From assembly GCA_036275975.1 (NCBI GenBank), contig DASUCP010000121.1, positions 1-35,441 on the forward strand: a stretch of 35,441 bases of DNA, read 5' to 3'. This DNA comes from Sphingomicrobium sp. GTDB taxonomy: Bacteria; Pseudomonadota; Alphaproteobacteria; Sphingomonadales; Sphingomonadaceae. Position numbers and translations under genes: made by a program. The stretch's first letter is position 1; each line of letters begins with the position of its first letter. The notes under the pieces were generated by a model, which searched no databases, was not told where the DNA came from, and worked only from the letters and a program-made list of their open reading frames with translations. Shown here piece by piece: positions 1-9,389 of this stretch.

Positions 1-1179
1 AGCGAGAACATCATCCATCTCGTGCTGGCCAAGCGCGCCGGCGCTCCGGACAACGTCAAAGGCATTTCCCTGTTCGTAGTGCCGAAGTTCCTGGTGAATG
101 AGGACGGTAGTCTCGGCGAACGAAACAAGCTGGGTTGCGGCGCTCTCGAAAAGAAGATGGGCATTCACGGGAACGCGACGTGCGTCATGAATTACGACGG
201 CGCGAAGGGCTGGATTGTCGGCGAGCCCGAAAAGGGCCTCCAGGCCATGTTCATCATGATGAATGCCGCGCGGCTCGGCGTCGGACTTCAGGGCCTCGCC
301 CAGGGCGAGGCCGCCTACCAGAATGCCGTCGCCTACGCGAAGGACCGCCGCCAGAGCCGCGCTCTCAAGGAGTCAGAGCGCGACCCCGAAGCGAACGCTG
401 ATCCGATCATCGTCCATCCCGATGTGCGCCGCATGCTGATGGAGTCGAAGGCGTGGATCGAGGCCGGCCGCGCCCTCGTGCTTTATGGTGCGCTGCTCGT
501 GGACCTGTTCCGCCGTTCGCCCGACGAGACGGAGCGGCAGCAGGCGGACGACCTGCTTGGCCTGCTGACGCCAGTCATCAAGGGCTATCTCACGGACAAA
601 GGCTTCGCTGCCGCCGTCCACGCGCAACAGGTGCTCGGCGGTCATGGCTATATCCGCGAGCAGGGCGTCGAGCAGTTCGTCCGCGACGCGCGCATCACCC
701 AGATTTACGAGGGCACCAACGGGATCCAGGCGATGGACCTTGTCGGCCGCAAGCTGCCGCGCGATGGCGGCCGTGCGGTCCGCAGCTTTTTCGAGATTGT
801 CGCGCGCGATATCGCTGAAGCGAAGCAGGCCGGCGACCCCGCCCGCGTTGCCGCTGCGCTCGAGCCAGCGTTGCAGGATCTTCAGGCCTCCACCATTTGG
901 CTCGCCCAGAACGGCATGGCAGATCCGGACAATGCGGGGGCAGGCGCTTACGCCTACATGGACCTGATGGGCCTGGTCACTCTTGGCTGGATGTGGCTCA
1001 AGATGGCCGCTGCTGCCCAACGAGCTCTCGCCGAAGGAGGCGACCGGGGCTTCCACGAAGCAAAGCTTGCGACTGCTCGCTTCTATGCCGACCGGGAGCT
1101 ACCGCTCTCGACCGCTCTACGCCGCAAGATCGAGGCTGGCGCTGAAAGCCTCATGAAAATTCCGGCGGAGGCTTTCTAA
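1..1179 (+). CDS. Acyl-CoA dehydrogenase (5'-truncated by window)
   Basis: GISLFVVPK, KMGIHGNATC, QVLGGHGYIRE, RITQIYEGTNGIQ motifs; frame open from position 1. Confidence 0.93.
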   Translation, partial: SENIIHLVLAKRAGAPDNVKGISLFVVPKFLVNEDGSLGERNKLGCGALEKKMGIHGNATCVMNYDGAKGWIVGEPEKGLQAMFIMMNAARLGVGLQGLAQGEAAYQNAVAYAKDRRQSRALKESERDPEANADPIIVHPDVRRMLMESKAWIEAGRALVLYGALLVDLFRRSPDETERQQADDLLGLLTPVIKGYLTDKGFAAAVHAQQVLGGHGYIREQGVEQFVRDARITQIYEGTNGIQAMDLVGRKLPRDGGRAVRSFFEIVARDIAEAKQAGDPARVAAALEPALQDLQASTIWLAQNGMADPDNAGAGAYAYMDLMGLVTLGWMWLKMAAAAQRALAEGGDRGFHEAKLATARFYADRELPLSTALRRKIEAGAESLMKIPAEAF

Positions 1180-1493
1180 GTCTTGCAGATCGGTTGCAGT
1201 CCGCTACTGGACTGCCTCCCGTGTTTGCGTACCCCGACGTCTTCCAACCCGCTATCGCCGCTTGCCCGGATGCTCCGTTGCCTCCGTTGCCAGCCTGCCA
1301 TGTGCCGCCTCCCGAATTGAGTCCGATCGAGCCTGCCGCATTGCAGCCGCCCGGTGCGACGCGCGAATTTGTCGACGAGCCTCCCGAACGTTCGGCAGCG
1401 TGAGTGCTCGCTTGGCGAGCAGGCGCAATGATGCACCTCATCACGGCGCCGTTCGTTGTTGTTCTCTGATCTCCGCAAGCAAGGAGTGGGAGA

Positions 1494-2060
1494 ATGACTC
1501 AGACTGCCTGGATCGTCGTTGCGATCGTAATCGTCGCCCTGCTGGTCGTTGCCGGAATTCTTTGGTCGCGCCGGCGCCGGTCGGAACATTTGCGCGACCG
1601 GTTCGGGCCGGAATACGACCGTGCTGTGGACGCCAAGGGAGGCCGCTCGGAGGCGGAAGCGGAACTCGCCGAACGCGAAAAGCGTGTCGAGAAACTCGAC
1701 ATTCGTCCGCTCGAGCCTGCTGAGCGCCGCGAATTCATCCAGCGCTGGACCGACGTCCAGGCGCGGTTCGTCGACGACCCGCCGCGCGCGGTCGCGTTCG
1801 CGGATGCCCTTCTCGGCGACGTGATGAAGGCTCGCGGCTATCCCGTCAGCGATTTCGCGCAGCGCGCGGGCGACATCTCGGTGGACCATCCGACCGTCGT
1901 CGAGCATTACCGGACTGCTCACGACATCGCTGTCCGGCACGAACGCGGCGACGCGAGCACCGAAGATTTGCGGCAGGCGATGATTCACTATCGCGCGCTG
2001 TTCGACGACTTGGTGGGCGCCGAAGCGCCCTCCGCGCGGGAGCCGGAAAGAACGCACTAA
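1494..2060 (+). CDS. Hypothetical protein with N-terminal membrane anchor
   Basis: AAGGAG SD upstream; hydrophobic N-terminal helix followed by RRRR; helical soluble domain. Confidence 0.85.
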   Translation: MTQTAWIVVAIVIVALLVVAGILWSRRRRSEHLRDRFGPEYDRAVDAKGGRSEAEAELAEREKRVEKLDIRPLEPAERREFIQRWTDVQARFVDDPPRAVAFADALLGDVMKARGYPVSDFAQRAGDISVDHPTVVEHYRTAHDIAVRHERGDASTEDLRQAMIHYRALFDDLVGAEAPSAREPERTH

Positions 2061-2064
2061 GCTG

Positions 2065-2135
2065 ATGGGAGCGGGGGCAGGCTACGTGCCGTCACCTGCC
2101 CCCGCCGTCGCGCCTCAGGGGAGTGGGGCTGCGAC
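2065..2135 (-). ncRNA. Candidate small RNA (two stem-loops, CUCCCC loop)
   Basis: Stem 2107-2135 and perfect 11-bp stem 2071-2081/2095-2105; sigma70-like promoter puts +1 at about 2135. Confidence 0.45.
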
Positions 2136-2141
2136 AGCAAA

Positions 2142-2170
2142 AGAGTAATCTCTAGTCTTAGACTAGACAA
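2142..2170 (-). promoter_or_regulatory. Sigma70-like promoter TTGTCT-N17-TACTCT with overlapping palindrome TCTAGTC-TTA-GACTAGA (2151-2167)
   Basis: AT-rich patch; -35 at 2165-2170, -10 at 2142-2147, perfect 7-3-7 inverted repeat. Confidence 0.55.
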
Positions 2171-2361
2171 TTGACGGCAGAACGTCTCGCCGCTGATCGG
2201 CATTCATTTCGGCGCAGATCACGTGACAGCCCTCACGTGTTTAACTGCCGTTCAGCATGCAACGACGGACCGCGCCTCGTCCGCGACGAATGCATGCCCA
2301 TGGTTCAACCGTGGGGCGTTTTAACCCCAAGGCTCCAACCACACGGAAGGAGGAATGAGCC

Positions 2362-2847
2362 ATGCGTAACATGACGAAAATCCTGGCAGGCGCTGCGGGC
2401 ATGGCGGCGATCGCCGCGGCGGCCCCTGCGTCCGCCCAGTACTACCCGTACGGCTACAGCACTTACGGCTACAGCCCTTACAGCTACGGTTATAACGCCT
2501 ACGGTTCGGTGAACCCCTCGGTTGCTGCTTCGCAGTGCACCGCTGCGGTTCAAAACCGCCTGTATAACCGCACCAGCCTCGGCGAAATTCTCGGATCGTT
2601 GGTCGGTATCCCGACCGCGCAGGGCCGAGTAGTCGCAGTGACTTCGACCACCCCGACGCGCAGCGGTATGCGCATTCGCGGCCTCGCGAGCAGCGGCCGG
2701 ATGGCCTACAATAATTATGGGCCTTATGGCGTCGGCGCTTATGGCGCGCTGGGTTACGGCTACAACAATGCCGCGGACCTCAGCTTCCGCTGTGACGTCG
2801 ACTATCGCGGATATGTCCGCAACGTCGACATCAACCGCCGCTACTAA
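2362..2847 (+). CDS. Secreted Tyr/Gly-rich hypothetical protein
   Basis: AAGGAGG SD; signal peptide ending PASA-Q; YG/YS-rich tracts; two Cys. Confidence 0.85.
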   Translation: MRNMTKILAGAAGMAAIAAAAPASAQYYPYGYSTYGYSPYSYGYNAYGSVNPSVAASQCTAAVQNRLYNRTSLGEILGSLVGIPTAQGRVVAVTSTTPTRSGMRIRGLASSGRMAYNNYGPYGVGAYGALGYGYNNAADLSFRCDVDYRGYVRNVDINRRY

Positions 2848-2869
2848 CGGGCGATTGACGTGAACAAGG

Positions 2870-2899
2870 GAAGCGCCGGCAAATGCCGGCGCTTCTTTT
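2870..2899 (+). terminator. Rho-independent terminator
   Basis: GAAGCGCCGGCA-AA-TGCCGGCGCTTC followed by TTTT. Confidence 0.85.
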
Positions 2900-3028
2900 G
2901 TGAGGATTAAGCGTCTCAGAAGAAAAGCTTTTGTGGGCCATTGAAGGTTCAGCCGAGGATCGCGATAAACACAAGCCATGGTTGTGCGTTATGCCGGAAG
3001 GGCGCCGTTCGCGCGCGAGGGAGACAAA

Positions 3029-4375
3029 GTGGACATCAACGGCAAGCTTTCGCGCGGCGCGCTGCCGCGGAACGGAATCCTCAGCCTCGGCCTGGCGGCG
3101 GCAGCGTCGATCGCGGCTATTCCGCTCGCTTTGACGGGTCCGTCGCAACCGGCGGCGGCAGCGGCTCCATCATTCGGGGTCGAAGTCGACGCGTTCTACC
3201 GTTCGCGCGGCGGGACGCCCCTGTGGTTCTCGCCGAACTCCGGGGCGGCTGCGCAACAGCTCATCCAATTGCTTGCGACCGCGCAAGCGGACCGCCTCAA
3301 CCCGCGCCGGTACAATGTGAAGGGGTTGACGCGGGCCGTGCAGGACACCCGCAGCGGAAGCCCCGGAGCGGTGCAGCGCGCCGACATGATGCTCAGCAAC
3401 GCCTTCGTCGCCTACGCTCGCGACATGAAGCACGATCCCGGAGTTGGAATCATCTACGTGGATCGGGAGCTTCGGCCGACGCCGCCTTCCCCGATTGCCC
3501 TTCTGAATGCCGCCGCGGCAGCGCCTTCGCTATCGGACTATGTCGGGCAGATGGAGTGGATGAGCCCGATTTATGCCAAGCTTCGTCAGGCGCTCGCGGC
3601 GCGGATCTATCACAGTGATGCCGAGCGCCGGCTGCTCGAATTGAATCTGGAACGCGCTCGCGCGCTTCCTGCCAGCAAGGGCCACTATGTGATCGTGAAC
3701 CCTCCGGCGGCTCGCCTTTACATGTATGAGGACGGAAGAGTGGTGGACTCGATGCGCGTGGTTGCCGGTCGGCCGGATCCGATCGCGCAGACGCCGATGA
3801 TGAACGCGTTCATCCGCTACATCGCGCTCAATCCCTATTGGAACTCGCCCGCCGACATCACTGCGAAGCGTCTTGCGCCGACCATCCTCAAGGAGGGGCG
3901 CGCCTACTTTAAGAATCGGGGTTACGAGCTGTTGTCGGATTGGGGCGACCACCCGCATGTGATCGACCCGATGTCGATCGACTGGCACGCGGTTGCTGCC
4001 GGCCGCGTGGAGGCTCGCCTGCGGCAAAAGCCGGGCCCGGCGAACTCGATGGGCAAGATGAAGTTCATGTTCCCCAACCCGCAGGGCATTTGGCTCCACG
4101 ACACGCCCGAGAGGGAAAAAATCGAGGACGCCGCCCGACTGCAAAGCAATGGCTGCGTGCGGCTCGAAGATGCGAAACGGCTCGCGCGCTGGCTCTTTAA
4201 TGGCCACCCGCCGAGCCCGCAGGGCGCCAAGCCCGAGCAGAAGGTGAACCTGCCGGCGCCCGTGCCGCTGTACATCACCTATCTGACGGCGGTGCCGAGC
4301 GGCACGTCGATCGTTTATTTCGATGATTTCTACGGTAAGGATCGCGCCGAGGCGCGTCAGTTCGCCGGGCTCTAG
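3029..4375 (+). CDS. L,D-transpeptidase (YcbB/LdtD-like)
   Basis: WLHDTP...SNGCVRL catalytic His/Cys motif; PGPANSMGKMKF; signal-like N-terminus; GTG 3029 follows GAGGGAG (ATG 2978 alternative). Confidence 0.9.
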   Translation: MDINGKLSRGALPRNGILSLGLAAAASIAAIPLALTGPSQPAAAAAPSFGVEVDAFYRSRGGTPLWFSPNSGAAAQQLIQLLATAQADRLNPRRYNVKGLTRAVQDTRSGSPGAVQRADMMLSNAFVAYARDMKHDPGVGIIYVDRELRPTPPSPIALLNAAAAAPSLSDYVGQMEWMSPIYAKLRQALAARIYHSDAERRLLELNLERARALPASKGHYVIVNPPAARLYMYEDGRVVDSMRVVAGRPDPIAQTPMMNAFIRYIALNPYWNSPADITAKRLAPTILKEGRAYFKNRGYELLSDWGDHPHVIDPMSIDWHAVAAGRVEARLRQKPGPANSMGKMKFMFPNPQGIWLHDTPEREKIEDAARLQSNGCVRLEDAKRLARWLFNGHPPSPQGAKPEQKVNLPAPVPLYITYLTAVPSGTSIVYFDDFYGKDRAEARQFAGL

Positions 4376-7062
4376 CTCGCGCGGCGGTCGCTTGCCAGGT
4401 AGGACGGCCGAAGCATGCTGACCTGGTCGCGACGATCCTTCTTTGGTGCCAGGCGGCCTAGGTCGAAGCGGTCTTCGAACTGCACGCCGAACTTGCCCGA
4501 TTGCGACCAGCGCACGATGCCGCGGACGGGCGCTACGCCCACGATATCAATGGTGAGCTCGCTGCCTGGCGCGACCGGGATTGGGCACTCAACGAGCGAC
4601 CCCATGGACGAGATGTTGCGAAGGCGAACTTCGACCATCTCGCCGTCAATGCAGGTAACGGCGCGGCGCATCAGGCGATGACGCTGCTCGCGCATGCACT
4701 GGAAGCCGTCCGCAGCGACCGTGGGGGCGTTGGCAAGCTCCCTGGCTTCGACTGAAGGGACGGGACGGCCAAAAATATAGCCTTGCACCATGCTGACACC
4801 GAGATCGCGGATAAGGTGAAGGTCATCATGCGTTTCGACGCCTTCCGCGCAGGTATCCATGCCGAGCGTTTCAGCAAGGGTGACGATGGCGCGAATGATC
4901 GCGGCGTTCCGGTTGATGGTCGACGCCGCACCACGAACGAAGCTCTGGTCGATCTTGATCTTGTCGAACGGCGCTTTCTTCAAGTAGCCGAGTGAGCTGT
5001 ATCCGGTACCGAAATCGTCGAGCGCGAGGCGGACGCCCAGCTTCTTCAGATTGGCGAAGGTCTCGTCGGTGGTGTCGCCCTCCGCTAGGAACACGCCTTC
5101 GGTGATCTCCAACTCCAGCCTGCCCGGACGGACCCCGGTTTCCTGCAGGTGGTTGGAAACCATCGTGATCACGCCCGGATCGTTGAACTGGAGCGGCGAC
5201 AGGTTGACGGCCACGCGAACCGAGTCGGGCCAGTGTGCAGCCTCTTCGAGCGCGGTCCGAAGCACCCATTCGCCGATCCGCCCGATGAGGCCGGCCTCCT
5301 CGGCGAGCGGGATGAACTTCGCCGGTGAAATCGGCCCTCGGGTGGGATGCTGCCACCGCACGAGAGATTCGAAGCCGGAGAGCTCCTCGCCTGCGGCGCG
5401 CACGATCGGCTGGTAATGGACTGAAAGTTCGCCGCGATCGATCGCCTGGCGGAGATCGTTTTCGAGCACCTGCCGCTCGGCGGCCTCGCTGTGCATCGAC
5501 GGTTCGTAGAGCCGGTGCTTGCCGCGTCCCGCTGCCTTCGCTGCATAGAGCGCGAGGTCCGCGTTGCGAACCAGCGCATCGGCGCTGGCCCGGCCCGGAT
5601 CGCCGATCGCTATGCCGACGGACGCCCCAATCGTCACTTTATGGCCTTCGACCTGATAGGGTCGCGACACCTGCTCGATTAACGTCTTGGCCAGCGACTC
5701 GAGCAGACCGAGATCCACCGTGCCCGGAAGGACGGCTTGGAATTCGTCGCCGCCGAGGCGTCCGACCTGGCCGTGGTTGCCCATGACGGACTTCAGCCGC
5801 TCGGCAACCTGGCGCAGGAGGCCGTCGCCGATCGGGTGCCCGAGCGTGTCGTTGACGTTCTTGAAGCGATCGAGGTCGATCATGAACAGCGCACAGCCCT
5901 TCTGCCGATGGGATGCGTTGCGCAGCGCGTCGTCGAGCGTCTGACGCATCATAGCCCGGTTGGGCAGGGCGGTCAGGGAATCGAATCTTGCGAGGCGCGA
6001 GATCTCGCGCTCCGACTTGCGTTGCTCCGTGAGGTCCGTGCCGATTCCACGAAAACCAAGGAAGCGGCCGCGCTCGTCGAAGATCGGGTTGCCCGATAGT
6101 GACCAGTGGACGTCCTCTTCGCTGGCCGCGCGAACCACCACGTCCGAGAAGGGAAAGCGGGCGGACAAGTGGAAGCCGAGCGTTTTTCGCTCCTCCATCG
6201 AATCCGATTCATGGTCGACCGACAGCAAGTCGGTGAATTGCCGGCCGAGGAGCTTTTCAGGTTCGCACTGGAAATCGTCCGCGAGTTGGCGTGAAACGTA
6301 TGAGAGCGTTCCAAGCGAGTCCGTTTCCCAGAACCATCCGCGGCCGCTGTTCTCGAACTCATCGACGAAGTGCAGCGCCTTGCGCGCCTGGGCCTCGACC
6401 TTCAGACGAACTCGGCCAGTGGCTATGATCTTGCGAGTGCCGGCGATGCTGTAGGCGATCAACACGAGCGACAGGATTGCGACCCCGATCGGGATGAGGG
6501 GCGAAGTTGCGAGCGCCAGCGCCGAAAAAGTCGAAATGATCGCATTGACGACGGCCAGCGGCGGCGAGCTGACCGACGCCACAGTGCTCATGCTGATGCC
6601 GGCGCACAGCACGATCTGCGTCGCCGAAATCGATGTCACGAATGCATCGTCCTGAATCGCCTGTCCGAACCACGTCCAGATCAGTCCAGACACGGCAAGG
6701 TAAACACATAGCGAGCGGACGATTGTCTGAGAGGCGAAATCGAAGCGATGCCGGGTGAGCAAAGCCGTCGCTGCAATCGCGTCGAGCGCGAGCGCCAGGA
6801 AGACGGGCATTAGTGGATTGTCGAGGCCCAGGTCGATCGGAATTTTGTGGGAGAGCAGGAGATAGGCGACGGCGAACAGCAGGTGGGTGAAGCCGAGCAA
6901 CAGCGCGATGAGGTCAAGGCCTGCTACACGCCAATCTGCGAGTGAGCGCTCACCGCTGGTATCGGGAGTCCGCAGATCGAACCAAAAGGCTTCGCGCACG
7001 GACGTGCACTGGCGAATGGTGTCGCTCGTTTCAAAAGCCTTGGCGAATCGCGACCTGCGCAT
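4372..7062 (-). CDS. Membrane PAS-GGDEF-EAL protein with C-terminal PilZ domain
   Basis: N-terminal TM helices; WFWETD PAS; DLDRFK..NDTLGH, GGDEF; ESLVRW, DDFGTGYSS; C-terminal REQR...NISSMG; start uncertain. Confidence 0.9.
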   Translation of the reverse strand: MRRSRFAKAFETSDTIRQCTSVREAFWFDLRTPDTSGERSLADWRVAGLDLIALLLGFTHLLFAVAYLLLSHKIPIDLGLDNPLMPVFLALALDAIAATALLTRHRFDFASQTIVRSLCVYLAVSGLIWTWFGQAIQDDAFVTSISATQIVLCAGISMSTVASVSSPPLAVVNAIISTFSALALATSPLIPIGVAILSLVLIAYSIAGTRKIIATGRVRLKVEAQARKALHFVDEFENSGRGWFWETDSLGTLSYVSRQLADDFQCEPEKLLGRQFTDLLSVDHESDSMEERKTLGFHLSARFPFSDVVVRAASEEDVHWSLSGNPIFDERGRFLGFRGIGTDLTEQRKSEREISRLARFDSLTALPNRAMMRQTLDDALRNASHRQKGCALFMIDLDRFKNVNDTLGHPIGDGLLRQVAERLKSVMGNHGQVGRLGGDEFQAVLPGTVDLGLLESLAKTLIEQVSRPYQVEGHKVTIGASVGIAIGDPGRASADALVRNADLALYAAKAAGRGKHRLYEPSMHSEAAERQVLENDLRQAIDRGELSVHYQPIVRAAGEELSGFESLVRWQHPTRGPISPAKFIPLAEEAGLIGRIGEWVLRTALEEAAHWPDSVRVAVNLSPLQFNDPGVITMVSNHLQETGVRPGRLELEITEGVFLAEGDTTDETFANLKKLGVRLALDDFGTGYSSLGYLKKAPFDKIKIDQSFVRGAASTINRNAAIIRAIVTLAETLGMDTCAEGVETHDDLHLIRDLGVSMVQGYIFGRPVPSVEARELANAPTVAADGFQCMREQRHRLMRRAVTCIDGEMVEVRLRNISSMGSLVECPIPVAPGSELTIDIVGVAPVRGIVRWSQSGKFGVQFEDRFDLGRLAPKKDRRDQVSMLRPSYLASDRRAS

Positions 7063-7157
7063 CGAACCCCACGGTGTCCGGCACGCAAGATGCATCCGGA
7101 CCTGTCCACGCACGTACACGTAGCGCGCGGGGGTTAACCGTGGGGCAAACGAACGGA

Positions 7158-7173
7158 GTTAGCGGCGTCTTAA
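7158..7173 (-). promoter_or_regulatory. CtrA-like box TTAA-N7-CTAAC
   Basis: One mismatch to TTAA-N7-TTAAC upstream of the c-di-GMP gene; additional GGTTAACC at 7132-7139. Confidence 0.5.
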
Positions 7174-7188
7174 GCCTATTTCTTTGGC

Positions 7189-8109
7189 CTACTCCGGGAG
7201 GAAGTCCGGAACAGACAAATAACGCTCGCCGGTATCGTAATTGAAAGTCAGGATGCGCGGGTGATCGCCGAGCTCAGGCAGCTTCTGCGCGACGCCCGCG
7301 AGCGCCGCACCGGAGGAAATGCCGATCAGCAAGCCTTCCTCGCGGGCTGCGCGGCGTGCCATCTCCTTCGCCTCGTTGGCGTCGACGTCGATAATGCCAT
7401 CGAGAATGTCGCGATTGAGGATGCTCGGGATGAAATTGGCGCCGAGTCCCTGGATTGGGTGCGGGCCCGCCCTGCCCTCGCTGAGCAGCGGCGCCAGCGC
7501 GGGCTCGACCGCGAAGACCTTGAGGTTTGGCCAAACCGGCTTCAGCACTTCCGCGCAGCCGGTGATGTGTCCACCTGTGCCGACTCCGGTAATGATCGCG
7601 TCGATCGGAGTATCCGCGAAGTCGCGAAGGATTTCCTGGGCGGTGGTGCGACGGTGAACTTCGACGTTGGCGGGATTGTCGAATTGCTGAGGCATCCAGC
7701 TGTTGGGAGTCTGTTCGACCAGCTCGCGGGCGCGTTCGACCGCTCCCGACATGCCTTTTTCCTTCGCCGTGAGGTCGAAAGTCGCTCCGTAAGCGAGCAT
7801 CAGCCGGCGGCGTTCAAGGCTCATGCTTTCCGGCATGACCAGAATGATCTTGTACCCTTTCACCGCGGCCACCATCGACAGTCCGATCCCCGTGTTTCCG
7901 GAGGTAGGCTCGATGATCGTGCCGCCCGGCTTCAGCTTGCCGGACCGCTCGGCGTCCTCGACCATCGCGAGCCCGATACGGTCCTTGATCGAGCCGCCCG
8001 GGTTCGCCCGTTCGGACTTCATCCAGACCTCGGCGCGATCGCCGAACAGGCGGTTGATCCGAATGTGCGGCGTGTTGCCGATCGTGTCGAGAACGGTCGC
8101 GGCCTTCAT
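7189..8109 (-). CDS. cysK: Cysteine synthase A
   Basis: [12 protein letters not shown] lysine, [22 protein letters not shown]; ATG overlaps upstream MFS stop. Confidence 0.95.
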   Translation of the reverse strand: MKAATVLDTIGNTPHIRINRLFGDRAEVWMKSERANPGGSIKDRIGLAMVEDAERSGKLKPGGTIIEPTSGNTGIGLSMVAAVKGYKIILVMPESMSLERRRLMLAYGATFDLTAKEKGMSGAVERARELVEQTPNSWMPQQFDNPANVEVHRRTTAQEILRDFADTPIDAIITGVGTGGHITGCAEVLKPVWPNLKVFAVEPALAPLLSEGRAGPHPIQGLGANFIPSILNRDILDGIIDVDANEAKEMARRAAREEGLLIGISSGAALAGVAQKLPELGDHPRILTFNYDTGERYLSVPDFLPE

Positions 8110-9380
8110 CCCACGCTCTCCTCTAGTAGGGCCCCGCGCAAATCGGGTGCGTCGAACGTCTTTGCAAGGCGGAGCTCGGGAAACCACCAGGACCACAGCA
8201 GCACGACGCCGATTGCGCCCACTCCGCCGACAATCACGGCGGGTACAGGTCCGATGAGCGCGCCAAGGAACCCTGACTCGGTTTCTCCGAGCTCGTTCGA
8301 GGCGGAAATGAAGAGAGACGAGACCGCGCCCACTCGGCCGCGCATCGCGTCAGGCGTGTAGAGCTGGATCAGCGACTGGCGGACGTAAACGGAGAACATG
8401 TCCGCCGCCCCGAGGAGCGCAAGGCAGGCAAGCGACAGCGGCATCCATCGCGAAAAGCCGAAGACAATGGTGGCGGTCCCGAAAACGCCGACTGCCGTCA
8501 GCATCTTCACGCCGACATTGTGTTTGAGCGGGCGGACCGAAAAGAATGCCGCCGTCAGCGTCGCGCCGACCGCCGGCGCGGCCCTGAGGTGTCCGAGCCC
8601 TTCAGGCCCCGCGTGCAGCACGTCGCGTGCGAAGACCGGAAGCATTGCGGTCGCGCCGCCCAAGAGGACCGCAAAAAGGTCGAGGCTGATTGCCCCGAGC
8701 ACGAGGCGGTTTCGGCGGACGTAGCGCAGGCCTTCGACCATCTGAGTCCAGGGGTTCGACCCGCGCGCGACTTCGCTTCGCTTGACTGGCCCAATGGCGA
8801 GTAGGCCGACGAAGGCGATCCCGAACAACCCGGCACTGGCCGCGTAAGGCGCGAACGGCGCCCATGCGTACAGATAGCCGCCGAGCGCCGGCCCGAGGAT
8901 TGCGCCGGTCTGCCACGCGATCGACGATAGCGCGATTGCGCGCGGCAGGATGTTGCGGGGGACGAGATTCGGCGCCAGCGCGCCCAAGGCGGGGCCGGCG
9001 AAGGCGCGCGCGACGCCGAGCAGGGCGGCGATCACGTACAGGATCTCGAGGGTGGTGGCGTGCGTCCAGGCGAACCAGCCGAGAGCACTTGCGCATCCGA
9101 ACTCTAGCGCGACGGAGGCGCGGGCGATCCAGCGGCGGTCGACGCGGTCCGCGGTCCAGCCGGTCACCAGCGTCAGGAGGAATAAAGGGAGAAACTGGAC
9201 TAGGCCGATGATGCCGAGCCGGAAGGCGGCCTCCTTTAGGCCCATCGTGTGCCGCGCGATGTCGTACACTTGCCAGCCGATGACGATCACCATCGCCATC
9301 TGGCCGATGGTCGCCGTGAGCCGGGCGAGCCAGAAATATCGAAAATGGGAGATGCGCAGCGGCTCGGGGAGGAAGCTCAC
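8106..9380 (-). CDS. MFS transporter (EntS/DHA3-like)
   Basis: About 12 hydrophobic segments; [10 protein letters not shown] motif A; TPDAMRGRV. Confidence 0.9.
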   Translation of the reverse strand: MSFLPEPLRISHFRYFWLARLTATIGQMAMVIVIGWQVYDIARHTMGLKEAAFRLGIIGLVQFLPLFLLTLVTGWTADRVDRRWIARASVALEFGCASALGWFAWTHATTLEILYVIAALLGVARAFAGPALGALAPNLVPRNILPRAIALSSIAWQTGAILGPALGGYLYAWAPFAPYAASAGLFGIAFVGLLAIGPVKRSEVARGSNPWTQMVEGLRYVRRNRLVLGAISLDLFAVLLGGATAMLPVFARDVLHAGPEGLGHLRAAPAVGATLTAAFFSVRPLKHNVGVKMLTAVGVFGTATIVFGFSRWMPLSLACLALLGAADMFSVYVRQSLIQLYTPDAMRGRVGAVSSLFISASNELGETESGFLGALIGPVPAVIVGGVGAIGVVLLWSWWFPELRLAKTFDAPDLRGALLEESVG

Positions 9381-9389
9381 CCGAGCCGC

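Noticed and set aside
1461-1474. Second SOS box (GTTC GTTGTT GTTC)
   Set aside because: Spacer is 6 nt, not 7
7261-8361. Long antisense or alternate-frame ORFs (also 1176-2057, 10677-11567, 15199-16116, 23141-23962)
   Set aside because: High-GC shadow ORFs of recognised genes, with no motifs
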